Source: Octopus sinensis
Lineage: Eukaryota
Assembly: GCF_006345805.1 (NCBI RefSeq)
Contig: NW_021832424.1
Span: forward strand, 1 to 60,709
Direction: 5' to 3'
DNA: 60,709 bases
Shown: positions 12,126-25,755 of the stretch, piece after piece
How positions within the stretch are numbered: the stretch's first letter is position 1
Layout: every line of letters begins with the position of its first letter
The notes under the pieces: generated by a model
Told to the model about the DNA's origin: nothing
What the model saw: the letters and a program-made list of their open reading frames with translations, nothing else
Database searches by the model: none
Translations under genes and position numbers: made by a program

Positions 12126-13440
12126 CAGGTCCTGGATTTAGGAGGCTCAGAAGAAGAGTTATTTCTAAGTTTAAGACGAAATCTATTGGATGTCAAATAC
12201 ATGTTAGACTTGTATCGACTAAGCCCCAACTAACGGTGCTACATTATTGCTGTTGTTGTTGTTATTGTTGTTGTTGTACATCAGCATTTTTCAAGCCGTC
12301 CTATAATGAAAAGTTTTCCAACCATGACCGTCTTGTATTTATATGGACAAAAGTGTTGTACGCTGACTTACATTACTCTATGTGTACTGACGTTTAACTA
12401 AATGCGGCAGTGCTTGATTTAGCTTTTATTTCTGACATTAAAGAGGCTGCTATATCGGATGATATCCTTTAATGGTGGACATTCTGAAATTCTTCCGTGT
12501 TTGTCTCAGAATTACATTAAGGGTAAACGTATCTGTGGTATATTCAACCGCTTTGCAGTTTGATTCAATAGTCGTCGCATCGCGCAACCAAATTAATCTT
12601 TTTTATCTTTTCATTGCTTTTCAGCCATATTTTCCTCACTCTACCCCAGCAACATTATTCTTTTTCTTCTACCCTCACCTCACGTTCCACCATCCCATTC
12701 TGATTTATCAATCTACGACATTAGATGAAGTAACAAAAACTCGACATTTTGTCGGAGAGCTCTCACGATTATGCCAACTCACGGTCTGGTGTGGCGAAAA
12801 TAATAAAATAATAAAAGCATTTGAACTCAGAGCGTAACGACGGGCGAAATACTGTTTAGCATTTCTTCCAACGTGCTAACGAGTCTGCCAAAACAAATAA
12901 TGCAGAGCATTTTTCCGACGACCTAACGATTCTGCCAACTTGCCGCTTTGCAGAGATGCTAAATACAATGTCCTTTCGTAATATCGTGAGCTCGTGAAGT
13001 AAACAAAGAAACAAACAAACACAAATAGACACAGGGAAAGAGGGAATGATTCAAAATATGGAATATGAAGTGAAAGTATGTTTCTCTGAAATTATTCCGA
13101 AAATAGAAAAAGACCAAAACATTAAACATGAAAACTATCCTTCATTTACAGAGTAATGAAGTATATACTTAATCATTCTCTGTAGATATAATAATGTATA
13201 TGAACAGACCTAAAATAATACTTTTTTTCATATAGCATTTGATTTAATGTACAACAAACGCTAAACTGATTTCATTTGCATATCAAAGTAAAATCGTATA
13301 ACGTATACAAATGTAAAACGGATAAAAAAATCAAAACTAATAATGAGAACTATTGGCTTAATTAAATCAAATATTTCATATCGACAAAATTTTTGTACCA
13401 TTCATGTGCTTTTCCTTTCAGCGCCATACAGCGTTATACA

Positions 13441-14037
13441 TTTTTATAAGCAAAAACATTCGAATGCTTACATTCGAAATAAGATGTTACTATTGTTAAT
13501 ACCATCTATGGCAAATATTTTTAATTGATAAAATTAATAGCAGTAACATGGGTGGTTCACAGGTTTAATAGCCGACACAAGAAACCATGGTATATGAGCA
13601 TTTGAACGGAATAATCTTTATAGGTATGCTTTTAAATTCTTTGTCCGTTTCCTCGCATACTGTTGTTTTATACTCGTTTATAGCTTACAATGCTATTAAA
13701 CCTGTGAACAACCCATGTTACTGCTGTTAATTTTATCAATCAAAAATATTTGCCACAGACGGTATTAACAATAGTTACATCTTATTTCGAATATAAGCAT
13801 TTGAATGCTTTTTCTCATAAATATTTTGCACCATGCGTTGCTGGTTTTTAGCGCAAAAGAAGCCTGAGCGAATGATGGATTTATAACGTGGCGGATTTGG
13901 AATGTTTTGCCCAGTAACTCATACAGAGGATGGTTAAGGCCCTCGGGCCAACATCCGAAACCATGGTATATGAGCATCTGAACGGTATAATCTTTATAGG
14001 TATAGTTTTTAATTCTTTCACCGTTTCCTCGCATACT
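13441..14037 (+). mobile_element. PLE pseudo-LTR/retrozyme-like remnant: inverted partial copy plus 376-nt tandem unit
   Basis: 13441-13572 is the reverse complement of 13692-13822. 13581-13661 is directly repeated at 13957-14037. Confidence 0.75.
13918..13974 (+). ncRNA. Type I hammerhead with apparent 3-nt core deletion
   Basis: ctcata-C[TGA missing]AGA-GGATG..ggccc/gggcc..CATCC-GAAAC-catg-GTA-tatgag. All three stems pair perfectly. Confidence 0.7.
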
Positions 14038-14168
14038 ATTTTTTTCTATTATTTTGATTCCTTCTGACGGTTGAATTGAGATATTTGCTCGTTTCTAAAT
14101 CGACTGATGCTCACTGAATCCTTAAGGCTTCGTGCTAAATGATATGTGTGCGTTTATGTGTGTATGTA

Positions 14169-14203
<35 letters not shown>

Positions 14204-14529
14204 ATGTGTGTATGTATGTATGTATGTATAGATGTATGTATGTTTGTATGTATGTATGTGTATATGTATTAATGTTTGATATTTGTAGTTATACTAAGTT
14301 GCAAATAAAAACAATTTTACATTAAACTGAAGGATTGTGGCTAAATAGTTGGAAATTTGCTTCCCAATCGGTGATTCCGGGTTCTGTCCCACTGCATGGC
14401 AACTTGTACAAGTGCCTTCTAAAATAGCATCGGACCGATCAATGCCTTCTGAGTGGATTTGGTAAACGGAAACTGAAAGAAACCCACGATATAAATATAG
14501 AAGCGGGGGAGAGAGAGGGAAATCAAACG

Positions 14530-17170
14530 AGCGCAATTTGTCAAGAACCCTTTTAAGGTTCACCCGAATGCTGTTGGGGGAAACTAAATCAATGAAATTG
14601 ACCAGCTCCACAGAAGAGGTTGAAGCATTTCTGAGGGAGACTCACAATGTTGACCACAGAATCGAACCACTTGATGTTAACCCAAATGTCTGTAGAGCTG
14701 AAATACCAGTAAATAAATTCAACCTCAGCTGTCCATCCTTAAAAGAAGTGGAAAAGGCCGGATCTAGATCAGCTCCTGGCCTAAGTGGTATACCTTAAAG
14801 TATACAAGAAATGCCCGCGGCCCCATTGGGGGTTATGAACCCTGTTCCGAAAGACCTAGACAAAGGTTATCATCCCACCATGCTGGAAGAAGGCGGCAGG
14901 ATGTTTTGTGCCAAATTAAGAAAACTCCACAGCCGTTAATCAGTTCAGCACCATCTCTCTCCTGACTGTTGAAAGGAAAAATCTTCTTTTCCGTACTGGC
15001 CAATAGGATGACGTCATATATGACTGAGAATGTGTATATAAACACATCTACCCAGAAAGGTGGGGTTCCGGGTTTCTGGAACACACTCGAATTCTCAGTC
15101 AGTTGATTCAGGAGGCTAAGAGAAGTAAAGGTGACCTGACAGTAGCTGGATCTGGGAAATGCATACGGATCAATTCCTCATGCCCTCATATATGCAGCCC
15201 TTGACTGCTGTCATATTCCCCCGAATATCAGGGTTATAATCAGAAGTTATTTTGGGATCGTCCATATACTTTTCAGAACAACCCATTTTACAACTCGGTG
15301 GCAAGACCTTGACAAAGGAATCACAACTGGGTGCACAATTTCCTCCATTCTTTTGATCACGGGTATGAATCTCCTCATATCATCTGCTGGTTGAAAAGCC
15401 CAAGGATCACTAATGGAATCAGGCAGCTGTCAGCACCTAATAAGGGGCTTCATGGATGATATTACGGTAACGACTGCAACCCCTGTGGATGCAGAAAGAC
15501 AGCTGACTTTACTATAACATATGGCGACATGTGCATGAATGAGGTTTAATCCCCCAAAATCAAGGAACATGGTGATTAGGAGCGGGGGCGCAAAGTAACC
15601 AACAAAATCAGGCTGCATGTGCAAGGAGAGGCCATTCCATCAAGAAAGGCTAATCTTTTTAAATGCCTTAGAAAGATATTTGACAAGTCGGTGTCAGACA
15701 GAAGCAATGTCGCCAACATTGAAACAAGAAGAGGAGTGACTGATGAGAATTGAGAGATCATTGCTTCCAGGAAAGCTCGGAGCATGGCTCTACCAACATG
15801 GATTGCTTCCAAGACTCATATGGCTGTTGACGCTGTGTGATATTCCGATGACAAGTGTTGAAAAGATGGAGAAGATAAATAAATACCTCCGAAGCTGGCT
15901 AGTTGTTCCCCAAACTTCACTTCAATAGGTCTGTACATAAAATCGGAACAACTACATTTTCCCCGGTCATATGTAGTGCAGGAATTTCAAGTAGCAAAAT
16001 GTAATGTAATGATGTACAGAGACTCTAAAGACGAGCTTGTCAGATATGCAGATATTATTTGGTTGAGGAAAAAGTTCGTGCGCCGTGTTAAAATATATAT
16101 TTTAATATATTTTTTTGTGATGTGTGTGTTCATTCAGTTCATGTCATGTTCAATAGTGACTCACTGTTGAAAAGTACCCAAGACTTGTTCGTCGAAAACG
16201 CGATTTGTTTCAACAGAACAATGCAAAATCGCATACCATCAGAAAGACCAGTAAGAAGATTGAAGAATTGGACAGTGTGGAAGTTCTACCGCATCCAGCA
16301 CTATAGTTCAGACGTTGCACCATCTCACTACGGTCTCTTCTGATCAATGCAGCACTTTAGGAAGGGTCACCGATTTGAGTCATTCGATGAAGATGAAGAA
16401 GCCTATCAAGAATTTTTCGATTCAAAGCTGAAGGATTGGTACTTTGACTGAATCCGAAAGCTTGCAGATCGTTGGCAGAATGTTGTGGAAAATGATGGTC
16501 TTTATTTTGAAGAATTGTTGTTATTGTTTTTTAATAAATTCTTGCATTAAAAAAATCATATTTTAACACGGCGCACGAACGTTTTCTTCAATCTAGATCT
16601 GGGCGAAAATGGGTAATTAGCGCCGCAATCGCTCAGACTGAAGGAATGCTGGAGCTAGGCGACATCATTGGGGATACATGCTGGGGTCGCCAGAGTCTTG
16701 GTTTTTCATATTTCCAACATTGGAAGAAAGCCGGCACTAGGGAGAGGCGGGCTATGGCCTAGGAAGCGGTGCGGTACCAGGAGAAAAAAAGAAGAAAATC
16801 AAGAGCTGTGGAGTTGGTATCTCAGAGTGCGTGCATGGACTAAATGGGATCTCACTAACAGGAAGCTCACATGGTCTGACCTGTGGAAACTGGAACCTTT
16901 TCGCATCCCCTTCCTTCTGCGGGCGGTGTATGACACACTCCCGATACCAACTAACCTGCACAGATAGGGTTTGAGGGACGACTAGCTGTGTAGGCTTCGT
17001 GGAGAAAGGGGCACTCTGGCACACATCTTGGCACTTGCAGAATAGCACTTTCTCAAAGCAGATATAAATGGCACGTTGATGAGGTGTTTGCAATATTTAC
17101 TCATACCCAGAAGCAGGAAAGGCGCAAGAAACATCATCACCAATAAGGCAACAGCAGCAATTAAGTTCGT

Positions 17171-17210
<40 letters not shown>

Positions 17211-17770
17211 AGTAAAGTTAGCAAAAACAATACATAGCTTGCTACAAGGATCTCAACCATGGGACATGAAAGTGCACTTAGGCGAGAGATTGCAGTTTCT
17301 CCGGATTGTCCATACGATCCTCAGATCAGATGTGGTCCTGTGGTCTGAAAAGGCCAAGAAGATAATCGTAATTGAACTAACAGTCCCGTGGGAAGAGGGG
17401 TGTGATGAGGTCCATGATCGGAAGTGTGCCAGACATGAGAGCTTTCTGCGGGATTGCAGGGTGAAGGGATGGCAGGTATGACTTTCCCCAGTGGAGGTTA
17501 GCTGTAGGGTATTCCATGCTCAGTCGGATTGGAGGATGTCTACAGCAATTGGAACGAGAGGCAAGGAGCGGAGAGTGGCTATGCGCAGGATGGGAGAGGC
17601 AGATGAAAGAGCCTCTTCTTGGCTTTGGAGTAAGAGAGAAAAGTTAAGCTGGAAACCAGGAGGAGATGAGGAGCATTGACCTGGCCACCTCTGCTGACCC
17701 AACAATGGGAGGGTGTTATGGTTCAGGGTCGAAACACCTGGCCAGTTTCTCCTGGCCAAGCTTCTATTCA
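14530..17770 (+). mobile_element. HERO-clade (R2-group, RLE) non-LTR retrotransposon remnant
   Basis: RT motifs LDLGNAYGSIPH, GCTISSILL and FMDD (~15450); YQHGLLPRLIW; LLRAVYDTLP; RLE region RSDVVLWS...IELTVPWEE and VEVSCR. Many stops and frameshifts. Confidence 0.85.
16058..16595 (+). mobile_element. Internally deleted mariner inserted in HERO
   Basis: Inverted ends ggttgaggaaaaagttcgtgcgccgtgttaaaatat / atattttaacacggcgcacgaac. Peptide remnants EVLPHP, YSSDVAPSHYGLF and RWQNVVENDGLYFEE. Confidence 0.9.
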
Positions 17771-19637
17771 CTTTGATGAATGAATACACCTCCTTAAAGG
17801 TGTTATTAGTACACACACACACACATATGTATATATCAGAATGTATATATCTGTGTGTATGTGTGTGTGTTTGTATTTCTTCCCAACAATATTTGACAAA
17901 CGGTATAGGTGCATTTACATCGACATAACATAGCGGTTCGACAAAAGACTCGATATCATAAGAATCAGGCTTCAAAAAACTAAATGGCGGAGTTGATTCA
18001 TTCGACTTAGAGTTCTTCAAGGCAGTGCTCCAGCATGGCCGCTGTCTAATGGCTGAAACAAATATAAGATAAAAGGTAAAAGGTATGTATGTATGTATAT
18101 GTGTATGTGTGTGTATACATGTATGTGTGTATGTATGGTGTATGTATGTATGTATGTATGTATGTATGTATGTATGTATGTATATATGTATGTATGGATG
18201 TATGTGTATATGTATGTATATGTATGTGTATATGTATGTATGTGCGTACGCCTGCTTCTTTTTCCAATTAGATGCTCATATGAAATTTTAGCTTTTGGTA
18301 GATAATTTCCTTCAAAAGTTTTTTCATCTTTCCAGAGGGTAAATGCATATTTAGAAAACAAATCAAGATATGTATGTGTATCTGTGTCCGTATGTGTGTG
18401 TGTGTCAGTGTGTGTGTGTGTGTGTGTATGTTTCTGTGTATGTATGTCTTGTTAAGGACATGCTATTTCATTTTGTAACTATAATATACTAGCAAGTATA
18501 TTAACGGTTTGCAAATCAATATTGTGCATTAGTTTTGTGTTAATATTACGGTTTTCACATTTGCAGTATTAACAGCAAAAGGTAATGTTTATCCGACACT
18601 TAAAGAGGGTGCTGTGTTAGAACACAGGTTAGTGCGTTATTTGCCATGACAGAACCTCACATATGGACTTGTAATGCTCAAAGTCGACCGCGTTTCCATC
18701 GGTGTTGAGCGAGAACTATCCACTATGGCCGCTGGAACGGCCAGATCACGTGATTTGGGCCTTACATAGTCTTGTTAATCACATTGTTTAGATAGAAGTA
18801 TTCGTTTACCAAACGACCTAACTTTCAATGCTGGCTCTGAATTCTATTGAAAATCAGTAGAGATCAGCTTAAAAAGGAATTGATGCAGCATGGACCCAGC
18901 CTTTGGCTCAAAACAGTATGTATATATATGTATATGTATATATATATACACACATATATAGATAGATATAATCAAAATAAGCAACAAGTATATCTAAGGC
19001 AGAGTAATACAATACAATTGTTTCATGCTACTTCATTTTATTAAACACAGTAAGTATTACATCAGTTTTAAAATGTCGAGCAATCTTCGGCCACTTATAG
19101 AATTTTCCAATTAAACGGGCAATGCACATTCTTATCCCTATTTCATTTGCCAACATTATAAAGAGGGTAGATATATAGACAGAGAGGTTGATTTCATTGT
19201 TAAGAACATAATAGTAGTATGTTCACTCTCTGACTGTAGATTTTATCATTGAGTTCACTTTGTTATTTAGATCTGTCAGTGGGGAGGGTGTTTTATTCTT
19301 GGTTGAATGGAGACAAACAAGATTTTTTCTATTTATAGATATAGGAAAGGGTAGTATAAATGTCAAAACCCATTCCCATTTCGAGGAATTCAGTTTAGAT
19401 ATATTTGAATGTATTATAGCAAAATCTAGTAGGTTGAAGTTAGAGGGGTAGGGTGAACATAGACTACTAGTGCTCAAGAGGTTTTCAATGTCCCTTACCA
19501 TTTAACAGCCAGATTCTATATCAAGAAATTTAAGTAAATATCCTTTAGATAATTTCCTAAATGATTTCAATAAATATTAGTACCTTATATAGTGATAGAA
19601 AATATGGAAATCATTTCATATTTATATGAATATATAT

Positions 19638-19715
<78 letters not shown>

Positions 19716-19754
19716 TTTTCTATTGATATATAATCATAATTAGCTAGTAAATGG

Positions 19755-20030
19755 TGATTTAGAAAAGATGGTGAAGTTACTAGATACGTATACAAATTAT
19801 CAAATCCCCCCCTAATATACTGAAATCAATAGTGAAAAGTATTTCAAGGAGAATTTTAAAATTATCATCTAACAATGAAATTTTTAATTCTCACTCACAT
19901 CATTACAATGTTGCTTTAACTGGAGCTAGATACGGCCAGGAAATCACCCTCCTAGATCTTGATGATATAAATCTTTCAAATGAAAAAATGAATGAAAATA
20001 GCTCAAATAATATAGATTCTTCTTTTTAAA
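19755..20030 (+). mobile_element. Penelope-like RT C-terminal (thumb) fragment next to (TA)n
   Basis: FRKDGEVTRYVYKLSN(fs)PPNILKSIVKSISRRILKLSSNNEIFNSHSHHYNVAL matches the PLE pattern RK.....Y....SNHPP...K.I...I.RR...LSSN.EIFN....Y..AL. Confidence 0.7.
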
Positions 20031-20545
20031 AACTATAAATCAATAGAAACGCGTAACCTAGTATATAAACCTGATACGATAAATAGAAATGGTAAACAGG
20101 TCATAAATGAGTATAAAAAGGTGTGTGTGTATGTGTGTGTGTGCGTGTGTGTGTACATATATATAGTATAGAAATGTTTATTAAGTAATTTTTTATTGAA
20201 TATAAATTTATTGCATTACTTAACGAAACGAATAATAAACTGATGAAAACACTAGTAGAAGTTTTAGGAAATTTATTAAGTATCGTATCATCAAAACAGC
20301 ATGATTCAGTATAAGAGGAAAGAAAGCCAGAAGTATGCCATATTCTCATCGGTTATCGGCCAATGGATCAGCGCAGCTTCGCGCCTTCAAAATTGTGCTG
20401 ATCCTTTCATTGATAATTGATGAGCATTTGGCGACATTTTGGATCTGTTTTCCGTTTGTTTGCGCATTTATTGTATTTTATTTATAATTATTACTTAATG
20501 GAATCCAACGTATTGTCCCTTATTTTGTTTATAGTATTTTTACAG

Positions 20546-20607
<62 letters not shown>

Positions 20608-20767
20608 ATAGACAGGCAGACAGGCTGGCAGACAAATAGATAGACAGATAACTAGCTACATAGATAGACAGAGAGACAAAGAAATAAACAGACAGACAGA
20701 TAGGTAGATAGATATATATATAGATAGATAGATAGAGAGAGAGAGGGGGGAGAGAGATCGATCGATC

Positions 20768-20847
<80 letters not shown>

Positions 20848-20848
20848 T

Positions 20849-21185
20849 GTTTCTTTATTAGCCACACAGGGCTAAACACAGAGGTGACAAATTACAAAGA
20901 AGAGCTTTTTTGTTTGGGGAGAAAAAACAGAAAATAAAAATAAATATAAAAAATAAAAAGGTTTTCGATCAAAAGGGATCGTTAACAAAAACGATCAATA
21001 GGGATCGTGTATCACAGAATGTCATGATGTAAAGTGTAAAGGGGGAAGCAGATAAGGTTTATCCACGGAAAGAAATGCCTACGGAAGAGACCACGGTAAC
21101 CTCGGTTAATAAAGTCACATGTTAACACATTTATTTGCAAGTAATTAACTCTGTTTTAAATTTTTCCGGGCTCATAGGATTATGC
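20849..21185 (-). mobile_element. 5'-truncated 3' UTR copy of the Tx1-like LINE, flanked by (GATA)n on both sides
   Basis: Aligns with 21369-21760 along its length; AATAAA at the minus-strand end. Confidence 0.8.
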
Positions 21186-21188
21186 AGG

Positions 21189-21275
<87 letters not shown>

Positions 21276-21368
21276 GTAGGTAGTTAGCCAGGCAGACAAC
21301 AGACAGGCAGACAGATATAGACAAATAGCTAGCTAGCTAGATAGATAGATAGATAAATAGACAGATAA

Positions 21369-22816
21369 GTTTCTTTATTGGCCACACAGGGCTGCACACA
21401 GATGGGACAAATGACAAGGTAGAGCTTTTCTTTTGGGAGATGAAAAAAAAAAGTAGCGTAGGTTTTCTATCAAAAAGGATCGTAAGAGGGAAAAAAGAAA
21501 AAAAGAAGAAAAGGAAAAGAAACAAAAGAAAAGAAAAAAGAGGAAAAAAGGGGAAGAGGAAAAAAAAACGATCAATAGGGATCGTGTATCATAGTGTCAT
21601 GATGTACGGTGTAAAGGGGGAAGCAGATAAGGTTTATCCGTGGGAAGAAAAGCCTACGAAAAAGACCACGGTAACCTTGGTCAATATTGTTATATGTTAC
21701 CACATTTGTTTGCAAGTGGGTAACCCTCTGTTTTCAATTCCTGGGTTCATAGGATTATGCTCAAGGTGGCTTCGTCATTCATACGTGCCATCCTTGCTAC
21801 ATTCACCCATCATTTTTAAAAACATTCTCTCGACAAAACTTGCCTCTCTACTCTCACTTTCCTTTTCAAGTGGTACTTGAAGAAGTTGATGAGACATTGA
21901 CCAGAGAGGAAAGTGTTTGTCTCCAATCCTTTCAGACGCGTCCACCAGATACATTCTTTCGCCATAGCCACAAGGATGATGAAAATAGCTCTTCCTTCCC
22001 ATTTGAAGGAAGGAGGCGTGACAATATTGACGATAGACTCAGCTGATAAACCGACTCGTCCCACTCGTGACAGCAGTTGTTCGACATAAGCCCACAGGTC
22101 GGAAATTGTTGGACACTGCACGAGTGCGTGCAGAACGGTTTCGTCGCTCTGACCGCATCTCGGGCAGGTCGGCCCCGTGTTTCTCGAGCCGTGTCTGTAG
22201 AGCTTATCCCGAACGGGAAGCGCTTCTCGGTGGCACTGCCAGGCCAGGGATTTCTGGAAGTTGTCCATGGGTCCTGGCCCGAAAGTCGTCCTGAACAGGC
22301 GGGTCAGGTATTCCTCGTCGACGTCCAGGTTCGCCCCGAGCTCGTCGTCGTACCTCCCCTCCACTAATCCCCTATAGAATGCTTGGGTTGTGATGGAGTC
22401 ACTCAAGGTCGACCCGGGACGGCAGAGTTGCTTGAGGGCAATGCGACACTCGCGGTGCCATTCGCCTTCCTCGGCCTCTTTTTGATCCACGACTGCAGTT
22501 CGGACATGGAGACGAGCTGCGGGAAAGCGAGCGTCACAAACGGCGACCACACCTGTTCACCACCGTCTACGTACAGCCTGAGATGTCGCAGTCTCAGCGC
22601 GAGTCTGCGCATCGTCAACCACGGCATGCCCAGTCCTCCTTTTAACGGGTGTTGACAGCAAATGGATCGCCTGACCAACGGGACGCATCCTTTCCACAAG
22701 AAGCGAAAGAGAATGCGTTCTAGTTTGGTGATGGTAGGGTCGGGACAAGGCACGACGGTCAGGCGGTAGCAGATGACGGACGCGATGTACGTGTTCGCCA
22801 CCTCCACCCAACCTTT

Positions 22817-22817
<1 letters not shown>
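21369..22817 (-). mobile_element. Tx1/L1-clade LINE, 5'-truncated
   Basis: ILFRFLWKG..P..GGLG motif and zf-RVT-type CPRC...ETVLHALVQC in ORFs 22403-22915 and 21816-22550. Both ends abut (GATA)n. Confidence 0.85.
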
Positions 22818-22887
<70 letters not shown>

Positions 22888-22959
22888 GCAGACAGATTGA
22901 CAGACAGACAGACAAATAGACAGACAGGTAGCTAGCTAGCTACCTAGATAGACAGACAA

Positions 22960-23023
<64 letters not shown>

Positions 23024-23027
23024 ATAA

Positions 23028-23084
<57 letters not shown>

Positions 23085-23404
23085 CACAGAGAGAGAGAGA
23101 GAGAGAGAGAGTGAGAGAGAGACAGAGAGAGGGAGAGGGAGAGAGGCATGATGCACGGCACGTGGATATCTTCAATGTGGAGAAGCCAATTATTTTCGAC
23201 TTAAGGACGAGTAGCAAATGAGAATGTTATAGACGCTGGAGAAATATTTAAAGACAAGACGCAGGCATCAAGGAGAAATAAATGAATAGAATCAAAAACG
23301 AAAAATGGAGGATTACAAGCCAGCAGACGTATGACTACGGGAAACGAGGAAATAGGTATGTGGAAGCAAGAGTAAGTTGGGAAAATGTTACAAAAGACGA
23401 TATG

Positions 23405-24176
23405 TATATAATTTTCTACTGTAGGGACAAGGCCCGAAACGTTTGGGGAGGGGGTAGTCGATTATATCGAGCCCAGTACGCAACCGGTATTTAATTTATC
23501 AATCCCGAAAGGATGAAAGGCAAACACGACCTCGGCAGAATTTGAACTCAGAATATAAAGGCAGACGAAATACCTCTTTCTTTACTACCCATCAGGGGCT
23601 AAAGACAGAGGGAACAAACAAGGACAGACAGACAGATTAAGTCGATTATATCGACCCCAGTGCATAACTGGTACTTAATTTATCGACCCCGAAACGATGA
23701 AAGGCAGAGGCGACCGCGGCGGAATTTGAACTCAGAACGTAACGGCAGACAAAATACCTATTTCTTTATTACCCACAAGGGGCTAAACATAGAGTGGACA
23801 AACAAGGAGAAACATAGGTATTAAGTCGATTATATCAACCCCAGTGCGTAATAAGTAGTTATTTAATCGACCCCGAAAGGATGAAAGGCAAAGTCGACCT
23901 CGGTGGAATTTGAACTCACAACGTAACGGCAGACGAAATACCTATTTCTTTACTACCCAGATGGGGCTAAACACAGAGAGGACAAATAAGAACACACAAA
24001 CGGAATAAGTCGATTAGATCGACTCCAGTGCGTACCTGGTACATATTTAATCGATCCCGAAACGATGAAAGGCAAAGTCGACCTCGGCGGAATTTGAACT
24101 CAGAACGTAACGGCAGACGAAATACCGCTAAGCATTTCGCCCGGCGTGCTAACGTTTCTGCTAGCTCATCACCTTA
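23405..24176 (-). repeat. Tandem array of SINE family A (one head, ~184-bp body+tail units)
   Basis: Tail starts recur at ~23575, 23760 and 23943; single head at ~24127-24176. Confidence 0.85.
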
Positions 24177-24554
24177 GGAAAGATATATAGGAAAAGGAAG
24201 AGAATGATGAATAAAGCGGCGAAAAAGAAATAAAACTCGGGCGACTCTGTCGGTTTGAGAAGCTAAACAATGACTGACAGATCACAAATCTAACTTTGAA
24301 GTATTTCCAGTTCACTTTGCCTTTCATCCTTTCGGGGTCGATGAAGTAAGCACCACTGGAGAACTGGGGTCAATGTAATCGACTAGACCCCTTTCCCAAA
24401 TTGCAGGCCTTGTGCTTATAGTGGAAATTATTATTATTATTTGACTTTCATCCTTTCAGAGGTCGATAAAGTAAGAACCAGTTGAACACCTGGGTTGGTG
24501 AAATCGACTCGACCCCTCCTCCGAAATTGCTGCTTTTGTGGCAAAATTTGAAAC

Positions 24555-24600
<46 letters not shown>

Positions 24601-24702
24601 GCTATTGTTATTGTTATTGTTACTGTTACTGTTATTGTTATTGTAATTGTTTTTGTTATTGTTATTGTTTTTGTTATTGTTATTGTTATTGTTATTATTA
24701 TT

Positions 24703-24772
<70 letters not shown>

Positions 24773-24810
24773 TATTATTATTATCATTATTATCATTATT
24801 ATTATTATTA

Positions 24811-24870
<60 letters not shown>
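24555..24870. repeat. Compound (ATT)n/(GTTATT)n/(ATC)n array
   Basis: Directly visible. Confidence 0.95.
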
Positions 24871-24871
<1 letters not shown>

Positions 24872-24981
24872 CATTGGTGATATTGGAGTGATTTCTACTT
24901 ATATTTCTATTTTTAAATTTAGTTCCAGTAAGATTTTTATTTCCAAGGTCTTTACAGTAGCCAATAATGGTTTTGTTATCT

Positions 24982-25362
24982 TCTTTATATATAAAAGTGA
25001 GGTTGTGTGCTGTCTGTCTCCTACGATTTAGATTCCTAACTACTCCCACATTTTGCGGTGCAGTTTAACCAAAACCGGGTATCTTATAGTCGTGATTCAT
25101 ATCGAGCCCTTCTGGGTATTAGCGCGCGTCTACGATGAGTCTACGATTTAAAAAAAAAATTACCATCAATTTTTCCCATTTTTAATGCATTTTTGGCATA
25201 TATAAGGGAAGTAACTCTCTAAAAATATATTAAATCTCAGAGCGTAAAAAGCTACAGTAACACCCCCATCCCTTTGTGGTTAGCCATATTGAGATGGCTA
25301 TTATACTTTACATCTCTAAAAATGCTTATATAGTTATTTCCCTTACAAACCCGAGCAACGGG
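24982..25362 (+). mobile_element. Non-autonomous Helitron-like element, 3' end truncated
   Basis: 5' TCTTTATATATAAAAG followed by gtct repeats. 3' hairpin aaacccg-agcaa-cgggttt; no CTAG retained. Confidence 0.45.
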
Positions 25363-25755
25363 TTTAAATATTAAATAATTCTATCTTACCAAAACTTCTT
25401 TTCTCTTCAGCGTAGAATACTATAATCATAAATGATTATATATTGAATTTTGAGATACTAGAAGGCACCAACTCAACTCAGTATCAGAGCGAGCTAGAAT
25501 CCGCAACTAGTATCACCAAATTCAATGTGTGAATGAAAAGATTGTGTCACCAGCCCCTTCCCACCCGCGTGTAGCCAAAACAAGATGCTGTGGTCATCTA
25601 CTGAGATAAAATATGGTTATCCGTAATAATGAAGGGTGAAATTAATTAATTTGGAGGTGATACTAGTTGCGGATTCTAGCTCGCTCTGATACTGAGTTGA
25701 GTTGGTGCCTTCTAGTATCTCAAAATTCAATATATAATCTTTATGATTATAGTAT

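Noticed and set aside
18690-18775. CpG-richer patch with TCACGTGA E-box as a promoter
   Set aside because: Single motif, no linked gene or convincing ORF.
19223-19501. Minus-strand ORF as a PLE GIY-YIG C-terminus
   Set aside because: Only vague resemblance; key cysteines are absent.
20232-20280. CTGATGA..GAAA as a hammerhead
   Set aside because: No room for stem III and an NUH site before stem I.
23405-24176. CRISPR-like array
   Set aside because: Units are ~184-bp SINE bodies without unique spacers; eukaryotic context.
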